Shown here piece after piece: positions 19,761 to 30,979 of a stretch of 64,000 nucleotides of DNA. A program made the position numbers and the translations under genes. The notes under the pieces were generated by a model. It was not told the DNA's origin, made no database searches, and was given only the letters and a program-made list of their open reading frames with translations. Location: positions 62,001 through 126,000 of IMG/VR virus record IMGVR_UViG_3300028045_000001. The stretch is one strand, 5' to 3'. How positions within the stretch are numbered: the first letter of the stretch is position 1; each line of letters begins with the position of its first letter.

Positions 19761-20615
19761 TTATCCATTGACATGCTTAGGTAAGTTCGATAGCTCTTTA
19801 GAGATTCCACTTGATTTAATGGCGTCACTTACTTGGGAATAAGTTGGTGGAAGAAGGTTCAGATCAACTTTATGGAGTTGTAGTTCTGTAGCTATCGCTT
19901 TTCCAATATTTCGTACAGCTTGATTGTGCTGCAACATTCCGGAAAAAGCGATCGTTCGATCTGGACTCTTACTGGTAGCTATGTTCTTTTCCATACCTAT
20001 CGCCCCGCCAGGATCTTTCGGGAACATATTCGTAACGAAACCAACATCGATGATATTTTCCGGTCGATGGCTTGGATCAAACTGTATGAACATAATCGAC
20101 ATACTGTACGAAGATGGGATGTATGGAGGTGGATTCTCAAACCGTGAGAATGCGATGCCACTATCTGGATGCTTCGTATCCCAGGCCCATTGGGTGAAAA
20201 TATTCCATACCGGATTACCAAAAATCTCTGGTATTACAAATGATGGGGATATCGGAGATCGCTTTGTTTGGATTGGAACTTCCATTTGTTGCCCGTCATT
20301 ACCAGCGGGTCTAGCGGCCACATCCATAGTGTATTGGATATCGATGCCGGAGATTGTGGTAACGCGGGTTTCAATTAAATTCTTAATAGCCCCCTGTAGT
20401 AACGGATATGGGTTGTACATGTCAGGAAGTTTGATGACTATAGGTACCACCGGCTCAAGTACTAATGGTGCGGATGCATCAATGTACCTTGTCTGGGTCG
20501 CCGTCCCATACATACCGGGCCTGCCAATATTGGCAATGAAGTCGTTCTTTCCAATACTGATAATTTCCGATGCATCGGCTACAATGTTTTCTAAACCGTC
20601 CAATTTATTCGGCAT
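19761..20615 (-). CDS. Tail tube protein (phiKZ gp30-like)
   Basis: 284 aa directly downstream of sheath; NLIET..TTISGID, IPEIFGNPVWNIFTQW, FIQFDP, TNMFPK patterns. Confidence 0.75.
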   Translation of the reverse strand: MPNKLDGLENIVADASEIISIGKNDFIANIGRPGMYGTATQTRYIDASAPLVLEPVVPIVIKLPDMYNPYPLLQGAIKNLIETRVTTISGIDIQYTMDVAARPAGNDGQQMEVPIQTKRSPISPSFVIPEIFGNPVWNIFTQWAWDTKHPDSGIAFSRFENPPPYIPSSYSMSIMFIQFDPSHRPENIIDVGFVTNMFPKDPGGAIGMEKNIATSKSPDRTIAFSGMLQHNQAVRNIGKAIATELQLHKVDLNLLPPTYSQVSDAIKSSGISKELSNLPKHVNG

Positions 20616-20642
20616 ATTTATAAATCCTCTTCATTATTTATA

Positions 20643-20685
20643 ATACTCGGGAATTATACCTATAGAAGGTATACTTCCCGAGTAT
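20643..20685. terminator. Imperfect hairpin between sheath and tube genes
   Basis: ATACTCGGGAA-T-TATACCT-ataga-AGGTATA-C-TTCCCGAGTAT (one mismatch). Confidence 0.55.
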
Positions 20686-20696
20686 ACAAGTTAAAC

Positions 20697-22787
20697 TTAT
20701 TCTGGCGTAAAGCCTTCACGACTACAGTTGATATCAACATTCCAAACTCGGTTGGTTGCAGGTGCTTGGATATCGACTGCAACATGCGTCTCATACCCAC
20801 GTTTCTGTTCTTCAGCAGTTTGATACACCCTCACACTGAATACATATTTTCCATTGTAGGTAGTCGCAAGCTTGTTGGTGAGGTCATCTGTAATCTGCTG
20901 CTGCAAAATATCAAATGGTATGTCCATTCCAGAGAAAAGCGTCCAGCTTTTTCCAATAAGTTGTTTTGTATACGTGAGCGTATCCACAAAATACAGGCTA
21001 CTTAAGACTGAAGTTTCATGACGATACCCAGTTCGAAGGGCTGCGTAGAAGAGGCCAACTCTATCGAAGTAACTTAAATAGTTACCACCTGCCGCCCAGA
21101 GGCGTCCCTTAGAGTCTTCGCTGGATGGCGTGTAGTTAACCGATTCAAATAGGTTACACTCGCTATTAGGTCTTCCCCCAAACGATCCCTGTAAAATCTC
21201 TGTCCCCATGTACTCAGATCGCATCTGGGCAATCCTCAGCGAGCAGGGCACCAGTTCATTTGAGGGCAGCGTTCCAACCTGCATCCCAATACTGAACCTA
21301 CAAGCTCCTGTGCCCTTATCTATTGATTCTGGAAACAACAAACCGTATGCCCGTAAAGAGATAGCAACACTCTCATCCTGATACTCGTTATTGATGGGAG
21401 GTCGTAAACCATTGGTTGGGTTGGCCGACCCAGACTCGTATACTGGAGTCTCTCCATCCTTATAGTGCACGGATAGGTCTTGAGTAGCGACCGTCACTAT
21501 CAAATCGTCCCGAAGCGTCATAGCCTCAAGCAATGCTTTCTTCGTATCCAAGGAACACCCCATGTCATACACGTGGGTCATAGGGTATCGAAGTTTATCC
21601 ACGATAGTTGGGGCAAGCGTACCACTGCAAAATTTAATAAGCTCACCTTCGATTGTGACATCATCTAATACACCGTCGGTCCCATTTGTAGCATAGATAT
21701 TGTTTGCCGAATTAAAATTTAATCCAGCCTCTACATTAAGTCCAGATAGTTCTGTTTCAGATGTGACTACCCACAATCCCGGATACGGATCATTTTTAAA
21801 GTCCTTGCCGGTAAAGATATCCACCATCATTCCATTGTCCGTAATGACGATGCCCTCATCATCATAACTTCCGGATTGAACATCAGTGAGCCATGCTTGA
21901 CCAATGGCGTTGATGTTTTCATGATAGATTGCAAATGAAGCTGGGAGGTCGGAGTATCTGGTTGGAAAGTGATCTCCGAAATACATCTTAGCAGTCGTAA
22001 CTGGATCCTTCGCGTCTGGTAAGAATGAAAATTGATTAGACACATTTCCATTCTCGTCAAGAACGTTAGCAACAGAAACGTTCCCATACAGCTTTTTCTT
22101 CGGGGCCATTGTATAAATCTGACTTCCGATATTTTGTATCATCAGAGCGTCGAGATTTGCAAAATCGCGGTATAGTGAAAAACATCTGTCGCTACCGAGT
22201 GCGCCTGGATATGCATCCAATTCAACCATGATAGGATAGGTGATCTCGTCCCCATTTGTAGAAGGGGAAATGTTCCCTATCCCATTTTCCAACTCAGTGT
22301 CCAGTAATGCTCTTGTTCTCCACACAATGGACATACCTGTCTGAGTTACAATGGCGGGTGGAGTCGCGGTGTCCATTTCGGGTACTGGCTTTCCAAGAAC
22401 AGTGTTGACTATGCCGTCGGAGTCGCGCGACCATGTAGGGCAATCTGTATCTTTTGTAACAACGGCTTCAAGTACCACATTTGCAGACGTAGCAGTATCG
22501 TCAGCCAAGCGAATAATCCAAACCCCATGCCTTTCAAACATGGTCTTAGCCAGCTTCGCCTGTAGAGAATAATATAATTTATTATCCTCATTGAATGTTT
22601 CGCTTCCATATACAGTCTTAGCGAATTTGAAATCTGGGCACCAAACCAGTTCGCCCACTGGACCACTCTGGGCCTTCATTGGACAAATCAATTTATGCAA
22701 GGGCAGACTCTCGTCTTCGATTGGTCGATAAATACTGTTATCAACTACGTTGATTTTCCAATGCGGGTGAGGTTGTATGCTAGCCAT
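20697..22787 (-). CDS. Tail sheath protein (phiKZ gp29-like)
   Basis: ~696 aa; LPLHKLICPMKAQSGP, YGSETFN, LRYPMTHVYDMG, FPES...GTGACR patterns; AAGGAG RBS before ATG 22787 (ORF track 22985). Confidence 0.8.
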   Translation of the reverse strand: MASIQPHPHWKINVVDNSIYRPIEDESLPLHKLICPMKAQSGPVGELVWCPDFKFAKTVYGSETFNEDNKLYYSLQAKLAKTMFERHGVWIIRLADDTATSANVVLEAVVTKDTDCPTWSRDSDGIVNTVLGKPVPEMDTATPPAIVTQTGMSIVWRTRALLDTELENGIGNISPSTNGDEITYPIMVELDAYPGALGSDRCFSLYRDFANLDALMIQNIGSQIYTMAPKKKLYGNVSVANVLDENGNVSNQFSFLPDAKDPVTTAKMYFGDHFPTRYSDLPASFAIYHENINAIGQAWLTDVQSGSYDDEGIVITDNGMMVDIFTGKDFKNDPYPGLWVVTSETELSGLNVEAGLNFNSANNIYATNGTDGVLDDVTIEGELIKFCSGTLAPTIVDKLRYPMTHVYDMGCSLDTKKALLEAMTLRDDLIVTVATQDLSVHYKDGETPVYESGSANPTNGLRPPINNEYQDESVAISLRAYGLLFPESIDKGTGACRFSIGMQVGTLPSNELVPCSLRIAQMRSEYMGTEILQGSFGGRPNSECNLFESVNYTPSSEDSKGRLWAAGGNYLSYFDRVGLFYAALRTGYRHETSVLSSLYFVDTLTYTKQLIGKSWTLFSGMDIPFDILQQQITDDLTNKLATTYNGKYVFSVRVYQTAEEQKRGYETHVAVDIQAPATNRVWNVDINCSREGFTPE

Positions 22788-22857
22788 AGGTAAACTCTCC
22801 TTCTGAAATAAATGATATAATTTTATAAACCAAAGAAAACATTTAGGAGTTAATGAG

Positions 22858-23871
22858 ATGAACTTTAGAATACTGAACAACTCGTTCGTGCGAATGCACA
22901 ACTTCCAGCTCCAAGTGGCAGAGGCCGTTAAATTTTTAAATAAAAATCCACAATGTATAATAGATAATATTAACAAGCAGCACATCTTAAACCAAAAGAC
23001 GTTGATAAACAGTCCAATAGAGACTATCTATACTTCTATCAGAGATTTGGGTCTCGATGAAAAGTTCGCCCTAGTTGATTTTACACATGTGGTCAGCGGT
23101 TCCGCCCCTGACATATTTAATTTAACAATCGTGCCAATCTTTATAAACGATCATCAACTCGTGGTGAACATAACGCCGTTTATCAAAAGAAGAAGATTTG
23201 CCGAAGACAGAATCATCCTATCCGATATTGGGCTGTTCCATAGCCTCATCGTACGGGGTATGCTAATGACCTCGTACGAACAATTCCTTGCCGATAATAC
23301 AAAAAATGATGTGTGGATAGGTCATAATATTGTAATACCATTGGCTATATCTTATAGTATGATTATGACATACCTAATCCCAATGTCGCAGGATATGAAA
23401 GATGTGGAGACGGTCAAAACTATCTTCGTGTGGTTCTTTATGGCCCGCGTACAAAAAACAGACAAGCTGCAAGAACTCAGTAACCCACCATTACTATATC
23501 AGTGTAAAATAAATCTATCGAAGATGGAGATCGACAATGTATTACATGAATTTCTAAAGGACTTCGATTTAAACAGCGAGATGTCACTCAGGGAATTGTC
23601 ACATAGGATAAAAAAGGTCGTACCAACTGTCCCAAAGAACTTTGATGATGCGTGGCTATTGAGGCGATTTACGGGCGGCCATAAGAATGTAAATGAGCTC
23701 ATGGTCGGTATATCTTACCCACCATACTGGCTCTTCCATATCCTCACTATAGTGTCAGGCGCAAAGGACCCACACACGACCCTATTAAAAAAGTTTAGAT
23801 TGTACGATCAAATGTTGATTATGACATCAAGGCTTTTAAAGTCTAAAGGATTCTTAACTAAAATAAAATGA
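22858..23871 (+). CDS. Putative virion protein (phiKZ gp28-like by synteny)
   Basis: Divergent from sheath; AGGAG RBS; YPPYW motif. Confidence 0.55.
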   Translation: MNFRILNNSFVRMHNFQLQVAEAVKFLNKNPQCIIDNINKQHILNQKTLINSPIETIYTSIRDLGLDEKFALVDFTHVVSGSAPDIFNLTIVPIFINDHQLVVNITPFIKRRRFAEDRIILSDIGLFHSLIVRGMLMTSYEQFLADNTKNDVWIGHNIVIPLAISYSMIMTYLIPMSQDMKDVETVKTIFVWFFMARVQKTDKLQELSNPPLLYQCKINLSKMEIDNVLHEFLKDFDLNSEMSLRELSHRIKKVVPTVPKNFDDAWLLRRFTGGHKNVNELMVGISYPPYWLFHILTIVSGAKDPHTTLLKKFRLYDQMLIMTSRLLKSKGFLTKIK

Positions 23872-23878
23872 GATAACG

Positions 23879-26464
23879 GTGAATGATATGGTAACGAACG
23901 GGGCTATAGCTGCACTACATTCCTACGTGATAGAGAACATATGGAATGAACCGCACAAAGAATCTAGAACAAATATTAAACCGGTTAAGGTATATACTGA
24001 ATCGCGGATTAATGCCATGTTCATAAATGACACCCAAGTACAATTGCCTACTAATGAGCCATATTTTATTATGTATATAAATAAGGGCGATTTACCTGGA
24101 CCGGCAATTGCAGATGGCTGGACGTCTGGGACGGAACTCATTATAAAATATCGAAGAATAGTGGAAATATTTTCTGAGAAAGGATGCATGTTTCCAAAAA
24201 ACTCATTCTATTTATTGTTCGATCTGACTATAGATACGATCATTATAGCTGTAAAAAAATCTATGTTCATCCAGTTAGGTGTCATTGGGCAAGATACGTA
24301 CGTCTCGACCTGGTCCGACTCCACGATAGAAGATAATTATACTGTAACTTCCAGCCGCATAAGTAATGAGATAGATCAATCCAATATGTTCGATTTAAGT
24401 TATGACGGGACATTGTATGTAAATGGAAGAATCTCTTCTCCGATAGCTCCTGCACAAATTCCAATCGGATCCTATGTGGAACATGTCAAAGATGACGATG
24501 TGAAAATAAAATTTCGTATCGACTTAGATGATCCATATGAGAACAGAATGTATCTTGACGCCTCTGGGGTACAACGACAAATAATCCATACGCCAAAGGC
24601 ATTAAATCCAGATGGACTGATACTTACTTTAAATACTGTCAAGGTTTATGCTAGAAAAAAGATCGGAGACCTATCTGGAATTCTTGTAAGTGATGCAACC
24701 TACAACCATAACTTTTCACAAATTACACACGCCGATTTCGGAATACCAAGGTACATAATAGAGGATGCCCAGAGTATACTTGGGGTGGACAACATATATC
24801 TTGAAGTACATATCAGCATGTATGGTAATGATAATGTTGTCACGCAAGATAATAATTACATTAATCAATTATACGGCCTGAGCGATGTCGAAATAGTTAG
24901 GATATTATCCGGAGAGGAGGCCACCCTCCCATTCTGGTCGGCCGAAGTGTTGCAAGAGACCCCATATCTAAAAGCTTTCTACGAAGTAGAGGAGAATCCA
25001 AGCTGGGGATACTTTACAAGTATACTTGGCTGCTACTATGCGACTTCTTTGTTATCCAAGGTTATGTTCTCCTTTGATTTAGGGGATGTGGCAACTGACG
25101 TAATAACGATAAGTAAGGATTACATTGCCTCCGATTCCTCCCAAGTCATACTGTTTGAAGATGGGCTAAAGATAAGTGACGAGTATTTCATATCCAACGA
25201 TCTTGGGAACGCGGTATCATTCGAGTTCAATAGTGCGTTCACACCAAAGAATGATTCTGCATACAACGGTCGTATAATTGAAAGAATCCAAACTGATAAG
25301 TTCCATAAGTATACGTCGACGAGTGGAGACGAAGAACTAACCTTTAATTTTAAACCTATGGTGTACCTACAGGGCGAGTTCACTGCTATAAAACTATCAG
25401 ACATGTTGATGGAAGACAGGTCCATTTATTGGCAATCATTGACTCAGACGAATGTTTACAATTCATCTGTAGATAATAATGATGGGACATGGACGCTGGC
25501 CTTCACTCCATTGGCGATAGATCGAACATTCATTATAGCAGAAGACTTGCCTGAAAACTTGATTACTCCAACTTATCATAAGTATGACCTATCCGAATTG
25601 AAAACAAATAATAAACCATTTGTGTTTGATCTGATATGTAAAGATATAAATGATGTGGATGTTCCGATATTAAAATTGAATAGTCTGCTGATCTATCTTA
25701 ATGGTAAAAAATTAACTATGGGAATTGATTACAAGATAGCTACCATAGCGTATGATGAGCGGATTGTTGCACATCAAATTTGCATAACTTCATTATCTTA
25801 CATACGACGAGTTGGCAGCAATGCGTGTGAGGTGTACACTAATAATGAATATGAACTATTTAATCATCTTGGGTTCGCTGCATATACGGACCTTGGTGTA
25901 CTACCTATGAAGGGATCGTATTTTAAAGATTTATCCGAGCTCACCGTATTAGGTCGGTTGATCACAAACCCAAGGGTAGTTGCGGATAGCTTGCATGTGG
26001 ATGATCCAACGTACATGGCTTGCTCGCCGTACAGTATAAATACCCGCATACCCGAGGCAGCAAATAAAAGTATAGAGGGGTATTTAAAAATTGCCCAGAA
26101 CAAAAAGATAGCTACGATCCAGGACTATGTCAGTAACCTCGATACGCATCAGTTAGGGGCATTTGTCACACCACCGTTCTTTTATAGGCTTTACTCTATC
26201 TATACCCAGGTATTGTGCAAGGACATCTTGTTGGGGAAGATAACTGCAATACCCAATGATCCAGATGGAATAGATGATACTGCGACATTCTCAAAGTATC
26301 AATTGCTCAAAGAACATGATATCGTATATGGCACCGATGTTAATTGGGACTACATTGATGCGGATGTAATGCACTCAGATGTAGTGACTTCTCCAAGCAA
26401 ATACGCTATGATAAATACTATAAGGGGCCTGTTGCCAAAAGACAACATAAAGGATGATAATTAA
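23879..26464 (+). CDS. Virion structural protein (phiKZ gp27-like, 861 aa)
   Basis: IENIWNEP..E.R.NI motif, YNHNFSQITHADFGIP; synteny with the sheath cluster. Confidence 0.65.
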   Translation: MNDMVTNGAIAALHSYVIENIWNEPHKESRTNIKPVKVYTESRINAMFINDTQVQLPTNEPYFIMYINKGDLPGPAIADGWTSGTELIIKYRRIVEIFSEKGCMFPKNSFYLLFDLTIDTIIIAVKKSMFIQLGVIGQDTYVSTWSDSTIEDNYTVTSSRISNEIDQSNMFDLSYDGTLYVNGRISSPIAPAQIPIGSYVEHVKDDDVKIKFRIDLDDPYENRMYLDASGVQRQIIHTPKALNPDGLILTLNTVKVYARKKIGDLSGILVSDATYNHNFSQITHADFGIPRYIIEDAQSILGVDNIYLEVHISMYGNDNVVTQDNNYINQLYGLSDVEIVRILSGEEATLPFWSAEVLQETPYLKAFYEVEENPSWGYFTSILGCYYATSLLSKVMFSFDLGDVATDVITISKDYIASDSSQVILFEDGLKISDEYFISNDLGNAVSFEFNSAFTPKNDSAYNGRIIERIQTDKFHKYTSTSGDEELTFNFKPMVYLQGEFTAIKLSDMLMEDRSIYWQSLTQTNVYNSSVDNNDGTWTLAFTPLAIDRTFIIAEDLPENLITPTYHKYDLSELKTNNKPFVFDLICKDINDVDVPILKLNSLLIYLNGKKLTMGIDYKIATIAYDERIVAHQICITSLSYIRRVGSNACEVYTNNEYELFNHLGFAAYTDLGVLPMKGSYFKDLSELTVLGRLITNPRVVADSLHVDDPTYMACSPYSINTRIPEAANKSIEGYLKIAQNKKIATIQDYVSNLDTHQLGAFVTPPFFYRLYSIYTQVLCKDILLGKITAIPNDPDGIDDTATFSKYQLLKEHDIVYGTDVNWDYIDADVMHSDVVTSPSKYAMINTIRGLLPKDNIKDDN

Positions 26465-28064
26465 TATGAATGATCAAGTAATAGCTATAGGTGATCAACG
26501 GCCAGAGGTATACTCTGAGTCCACTATATATGATCCCGATATTCACGGCTCCGATACATCAGTTTTGGGGGGACTCGGTGGACCTTACGTCCCGCAACTC
26601 GATGCTCTTGTAATGGATATGAAAGGAAGGCTTAAGCGGGTAGTGTCAGTGGATCCAGATACCTACAAAGTGACTTATGCCAGGATCCATACAGACTCGG
26701 ATGGAAAAGAAGATTCATTGATAAATTATGGCAATGAAATTTATTGCATCTACTACGATAACGCCATCAATCCGAATAAACTAATTATCGATGCGAAGGT
26801 TGCTATATTTGGAACAAATGCATACGAGTATAGATTGATGAAAGTAATAGAGGGGGCTCCGATCTCGATAGGCTTGTACATCGATATCCACGGCACTGTG
26901 CAAGGGGATCGTATACCAATGATTGAATCGGGCGTCAGCAGCGTTAAGACCTGCGCAAATGCATACACTAATATTGTATTACATCCAAATGAACTTGTGA
27001 ACATGGAGATCTATGACAGCAACGGAGAGATGCTGAGTGAGATAAAGTTAATCTCTTGTAAAGCAAATGCTATAAGTCAATTGCCAGTCATAACTAACCC
27101 AATAGTGGACTTTGTCATACATAGCTCACAAGAGCGAGGCAATGAGATAATCTGCTATTCCGATCAGGATGTAACTGAGATAGGGTTATATCCAACGATT
27201 GTATATTCTGATGGTTCGACCCAGAGCATAGCAATTGATGGGCAGGACTGCATTATGTATGGTCTGGAGCACATAGTGCAACCGTACATTGGGACACGCT
27301 TCAAACTCATTTGTAAGTACTACCCTGGAGTGACTACAGATGTTGCAGATGGAGCAATAGCCCCCGGACTGAATCACCTAATTGCTGAAAAATATGTAGT
27401 GATAGAAGAACGTGAAGAGCATCAAATCGCCAAAGTTTCCTTACTTCCGGTATGGGACAGCAACATGACTGGTTGGAAAATACGAGCGAGGGCATATAAA
27501 TTTGATAGAAGCTCCCCAGAGGACGTCACTGCACAGATACATTGGATAAATGGGATTAACACTGCCCTATACAACTCAGAGCAATTATATAATCTTGAAA
27601 TTAGGGATGGTGATATTGTGCTGCACTCGCAGATAGGGAGCGTAACACTCAGGCAACCTACTCATGCTATCCCATGGATAATTGATACATACGGCGGAGA
27701 CTCCCCATTATCTCCAAGACCTTTCATATCCTGCGTCGAGGATGTTTATTTCATAGATGCCAATAAGTTCCCAGATGTGGGTTTATTTTTACAATCTTTC
27801 TTTATGAACGCGGTTCCACCGTATAACGTCCCAGGAGGTGAAACAGAAACCCCAACTCCTACACATTTCGTTATCCGGGATATTGAGTTCGGACAAATGA
27901 TAGTGCCCGAAGTACTTCCAATCGATGACTACAGCTTTATACTAAACATCATAGAGGATAGTTCGAGTTTGTATAAGGATACAAATGTAATAATTGAGTT
28001 CTTGATTGAAGTTGGATCGGCTGCGTTTTCAACTATTTATGGAGTGCCAGTTGAAATAAAATAA
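26454..28064 (+). CDS. Virion structural protein (phiKZ gp26-like, 536 aa)
   Basis: IYDPD......YVPQLDALV, YCIYYD...NP..L.IDAK patterns; overlaps upstream stop. Confidence 0.65.
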   Translation: MIINMNDQVIAIGDQRPEVYSESTIYDPDIHGSDTSVLGGLGGPYVPQLDALVMDMKGRLKRVVSVDPDTYKVTYARIHTDSDGKEDSLINYGNEIYCIYYDNAINPNKLIIDAKVAIFGTNAYEYRLMKVIEGAPISIGLYIDIHGTVQGDRIPMIESGVSSVKTCANAYTNIVLHPNELVNMEIYDSNGEMLSEIKLISCKANAISQLPVITNPIVDFVIHSSQERGNEIICYSDQDVTEIGLYPTIVYSDGSTQSIAIDGQDCIMYGLEHIVQPYIGTRFKLICKYYPGVTTDVADGAIAPGLNHLIAEKYVVIEEREEHQIAKVSLLPVWDSNMTGWKIRARAYKFDRSSPEDVTAQIHWINGINTALYNSEQLYNLEIRDGDIVLHSQIGSVTLRQPTHAIPWIIDTYGGDSPLSPRPFISCVEDVYFIDANKFPDVGLFLQSFFMNAVPPYNVPGGETETPTPTHFVIRDIEFGQMIVPEVLPIDDYSFILNIIEDSSSLYKDTNVIIEFLIEVGSAAFSTIYGVPVEIK

Positions 28065-28071
28065 TAATAGC

Positions 28072-28103
28072 CTGCCCATGCTAACAATTGTTAGCATGGG
28101 CAG
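28072..28103. terminator. Perfect 32-bp loopless palindrome (centre CAATTG)
   Basis: CTGCCCATGCTAACAA|TTGTTAGCATGGGCAG; no U-tract. Confidence 0.8.
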
Positions 28104-28122
28104 CACATAAGGATGTTGGACT

Positions 28123-29421
28123 ATGGAAATAAAAGCCATAACAATAAAAACAGGACACGAGGTACATTCCCAGTGTAAGAATACCCATACCTATAAAGAA
28201 CTACTTAACTCCATAGATATTGATGTAGAGATAGCAGTACATTTTATCGATGTATATGGGAATATATACAATGTGGATATAAATAAACTACATCTGAACT
28301 TACCCGAGTTGGGTGACACTTGGGAAGAGTTTGAATATAATGTAACATTACAATTGGCTATGACTGGATATATGTCAGATCTTAGAGTGGAGAATGTCAT
28401 CAGTACCATCGGAGAGGATGGTCGCACTGACTATGTTTATTCGGAGGAAGATATGTATCAGGAAGATCGTATAAGGATAGTGCCCACTGAAGCGCTACAA
28501 AGTATCGACATCAAGCGAGGTAGTATACAAATCCCAGACGATATAGACAATTCATTATTGAACCTTAAAAATAATGATCTAAGAATTAAAATATCCGATT
28601 CCGATGCTGGAATAATAAATTTAGAGAATAGTATCTGTGTAATAAATGGAAAGGCGTTCTATCCATTAATGTTTGAGGGAGACATGTGGGTGACTCAGTG
28701 TGTTGATACATTGTCCCAGACTTCGGGTGATGCCTTTTTTATAGATTTCACAAACGTAGGTGGACACACCTTATATAAATTCTCAGAACTTAATTATGAA
28801 TTATTGAATAATGTCCTCCTCGATGATCAAAAATGCAGTGGGACGGTCTCTCTAAGTTTACCGACCGATGTCACTATGTACAATAAAACTCCATTGTTAG
28901 TTATAGAAGGTAGGATATTTTTCCCGAATGAGTTTAACTACACTAACAGTAGGGTAACGTTCGATCTAACTAAATTTCCAATAGAGGCAATGCTTGTGTC
29001 CGACTATGGAAAAGATATAAAGACTACTAAGTCATCTGGTACAGACACAGAGATAGCCCTTAAGGATGTAATAGAAAAAAAATGGGCGGATGTCAACTAT
29101 ACTGGATCATTTTTAATACTGGTTAATTCAGAATTATTAATCCATCAAAGAACATTGTATAATACGTTTATAGAGTCGGCTGTATTCGATCAAGCGTTCA
29201 CAAATCAATCCTTACTTGTAAAACAAAGTACAAGAGAGTTCGTGAATTACGTGCAGGATGAGACAGAGTATAGGTACTTATTATCATTTAAACCATCCAA
29301 GGACCAAATGCTACTATCAAGGGACATGTCTACCTTGGCGACATATGGTAAATCGGATCCACGAATGGGATTAAATCTAAAACATGGGTACTACACAGTA
29401 CTTAATATAAAAAAGAGGTAG
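28123..29421 (+). CDS. Putative virion protein (432 aa)
   Basis: Long ORF upstream of the gp176/gp175-like pair; function by context only. Confidence 0.55.
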   Translation: MEIKAITIKTGHEVHSQCKNTHTYKELLNSIDIDVEIAVHFIDVYGNIYNVDINKLHLNLPELGDTWEEFEYNVTLQLAMTGYMSDLRVENVISTIGEDGRTDYVYSEEDMYQEDRIRIVPTEALQSIDIKRGSIQIPDDIDNSLLNLKNNDLRIKISDSDAGIINLENSICVINGKAFYPLMFEGDMWVTQCVDTLSQTSGDAFFIDFTNVGGHTLYKFSELNYELLNNVLLDDQKCSGTVSLSLPTDVTMYNKTPLLVIEGRIFFPNEFNYTNSRVTFDLTKFPIEAMLVSDYGKDIKTTKSSGTDTEIALKDVIEKKWADVNYTGSFLILVNSELLIHQRTLYNTFIESAVFDQAFTNQSLLVKQSTREFVNYVQDETEYRYLLSFKPSKDQMLLSRDMSTLATYGKSDPRMGLNLKHGYYTVLNIKKR

Positions 29422-29424
29422 CGT

Positions 29425-30108
29425 ATGAAATTCCAACCCGATCACTTCTTTAAAAGATCGAAAGGACAGGTTATATTCACCGGTAAGATAATGACGATCG
29501 ATATCCCAGACAGGTATGGAAAATTAGGTTGGCTGAACTGGGGCGAACAAATGGAAGTCATAGGTATATTCACTATGGTTATCAATGAGGATATATCTGT
29601 TGGATATAATTGTCAGGCACTGATAACGACCATGCCTTCATCCACGGAAAGAATAAACATCGACGGCTCCGCGTATGTCAGGCTAATATACAACAAGAAT
29701 GATGTCTTCTTGGTATCTGAAGATATTATAAAACAAAATAGTATACCGTACAACATACTCAATGAATTTATTTTCTTGGGTAACCTCCCAGCGTGGATGA
29801 ACTATAAAAATTCATATGAACTATTTGAAAACACCTCTGCATTAACTGGGGTAAATTTTTCAGCAGACAGGGTTTACTTTCATGTAATGCTGTCCCACTG
29901 TTGGAGGGATAGGGACAATGTGATGAAGATGTATAGGAATACGGGAATGCATGCTCCTGGTATCTTTATACCGATGAGGTCAACGCCGTATTCCGCACTA
30001 ACTACTATGGCTCGCACAATAGGTTCTTTTGATAGTGATGGGATCACATCCGCTATCGTAAGCCCTACCGAAGAGGTTTCTGACTTAGAAAACATTATGA
30101 GGGATTAA
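29425..30108 (+). CDS. Virion RNAP beta' C-terminal subunit (phiKZ gp176 / SPN3US gp244-like)
   Basis: DRVYFHVMLSHCWRD and TTMARTIGSFDSDGITSAIVSPTEEVSDLENIMR resemble the RpoC C-terminal KHIEVIVRQM and SFISAASFQ..VLTEAA....LKENVI segments; adjacent to prohead protease as in phiKZ/SPN3US. Confidence 0.6.
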   Translation: MKFQPDHFFKRSKGQVIFTGKIMTIDIPDRYGKLGWLNWGEQMEVIGIFTMVINEDISVGYNCQALITTMPSSTERINIDGSAYVRLIYNKNDVFLVSEDIIKQNSIPYNILNEFIFLGNLPAWMNYKNSYELFENTSALTGVNFSADRVYFHVMLSHCWRDRDNVMKMYRNTGMHAPGIFIPMRSTPYSALTTMARTIGSFDSDGITSAIVSPTEEVSDLENIMRD

Positions 30109-30112
30109 TAAA

Positions 30113-30979
30113 ATGAAATCAAAACAATTAGCTAAGCGAGTATTTCAGGCTATAGGTATAGCCAGGGAACTCAATGGGTATGTACTATCCGCGTCAAGGC
30201 CAGATGAGAAAGGGTATTTCAGATCACCGGTCATACAACTTGATACAGAGTGGCGAGGTGGAGTACCGGGGCAGTATGATACGGATTCGTTGTTGGATGC
30301 CATAGAAAATCCAATAAAGTCGTTTAACATCGCACTTCGAAGTGGGAATTGTTACGGAGAATACTACCATCCTATATACTCAGGTCAGCCACTTGGAGCA
30401 TGGGTGAAACGATGCATGACCATAGATGGATCATGTGAAAGTCATTTCATATCACACATTGAACCTGGCCCCGACATTAATGATAAGCCGGTCCTTGTTA
30501 TGGTGCATAAACCATCCGGACCATATGCAGAGCAATTGGACGGATCACTAAGGGACCCGGATAAAAATACTTCCTATTCCATTAGGTGTCTTGTCAATAA
30601 GCGCAGAACCCAATCTGGCAAGCTACACGTAGACGTCGTTAAGACATTTGACCACTGCGACTGTCCGGGGTTTGAAGTTGCCGGTACAAGATATCAGCCA
30701 CACATACATCGAGTAGCATCGAACAACATGGGGCCAATCGATGGTCATGATTTGGATGTTAGTATGGTAATGGCGGATCTTATGCGCGATCATGAATCCG
30801 ACAGGGTCAGACTACATAGTGACATTATAAATGATTTGAAACTAATCTTGGATGACGATGCAATGCGAATGCCGGATATGGTACAATTCATTGATAAGGT
30901 GAATAAAAAAGCAGTGTTCACAGACGGCACTGAAAAATCTGCATTCGAGTGCTTCTTTATCGGAGGTGGTCATGACTAA
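30113..30979 (+). CDS. Prohead (head maturation) serine protease, phiKZ gp175 / T4 gp21 family
   Basis: GEYYHP (His), YSIRC (Ser), TFDHCDCPG (Asp) in family order. Confidence 0.8.
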   Translation: MKSKQLAKRVFQAIGIARELNGYVLSASRPDEKGYFRSPVIQLDTEWRGGVPGQYDTDSLLDAIENPIKSFNIALRSGNCYGEYYHPIYSGQPLGAWVKRCMTIDGSCESHFISHIEPGPDINDKPVLVMVHKPSGPYAEQLDGSLRDPDKNTSYSIRCLVNKRRTQSGKLHVDVVKTFDHCDCPGFEVAGTRYQPHIHRVASNNMGPIDGHDLDVSMVMADLMRDHESDRVRLHSDIINDLKLILDDDAMRMPDMVQFIDKVNKKAVFTDGTEKSAFECFFIGGGHD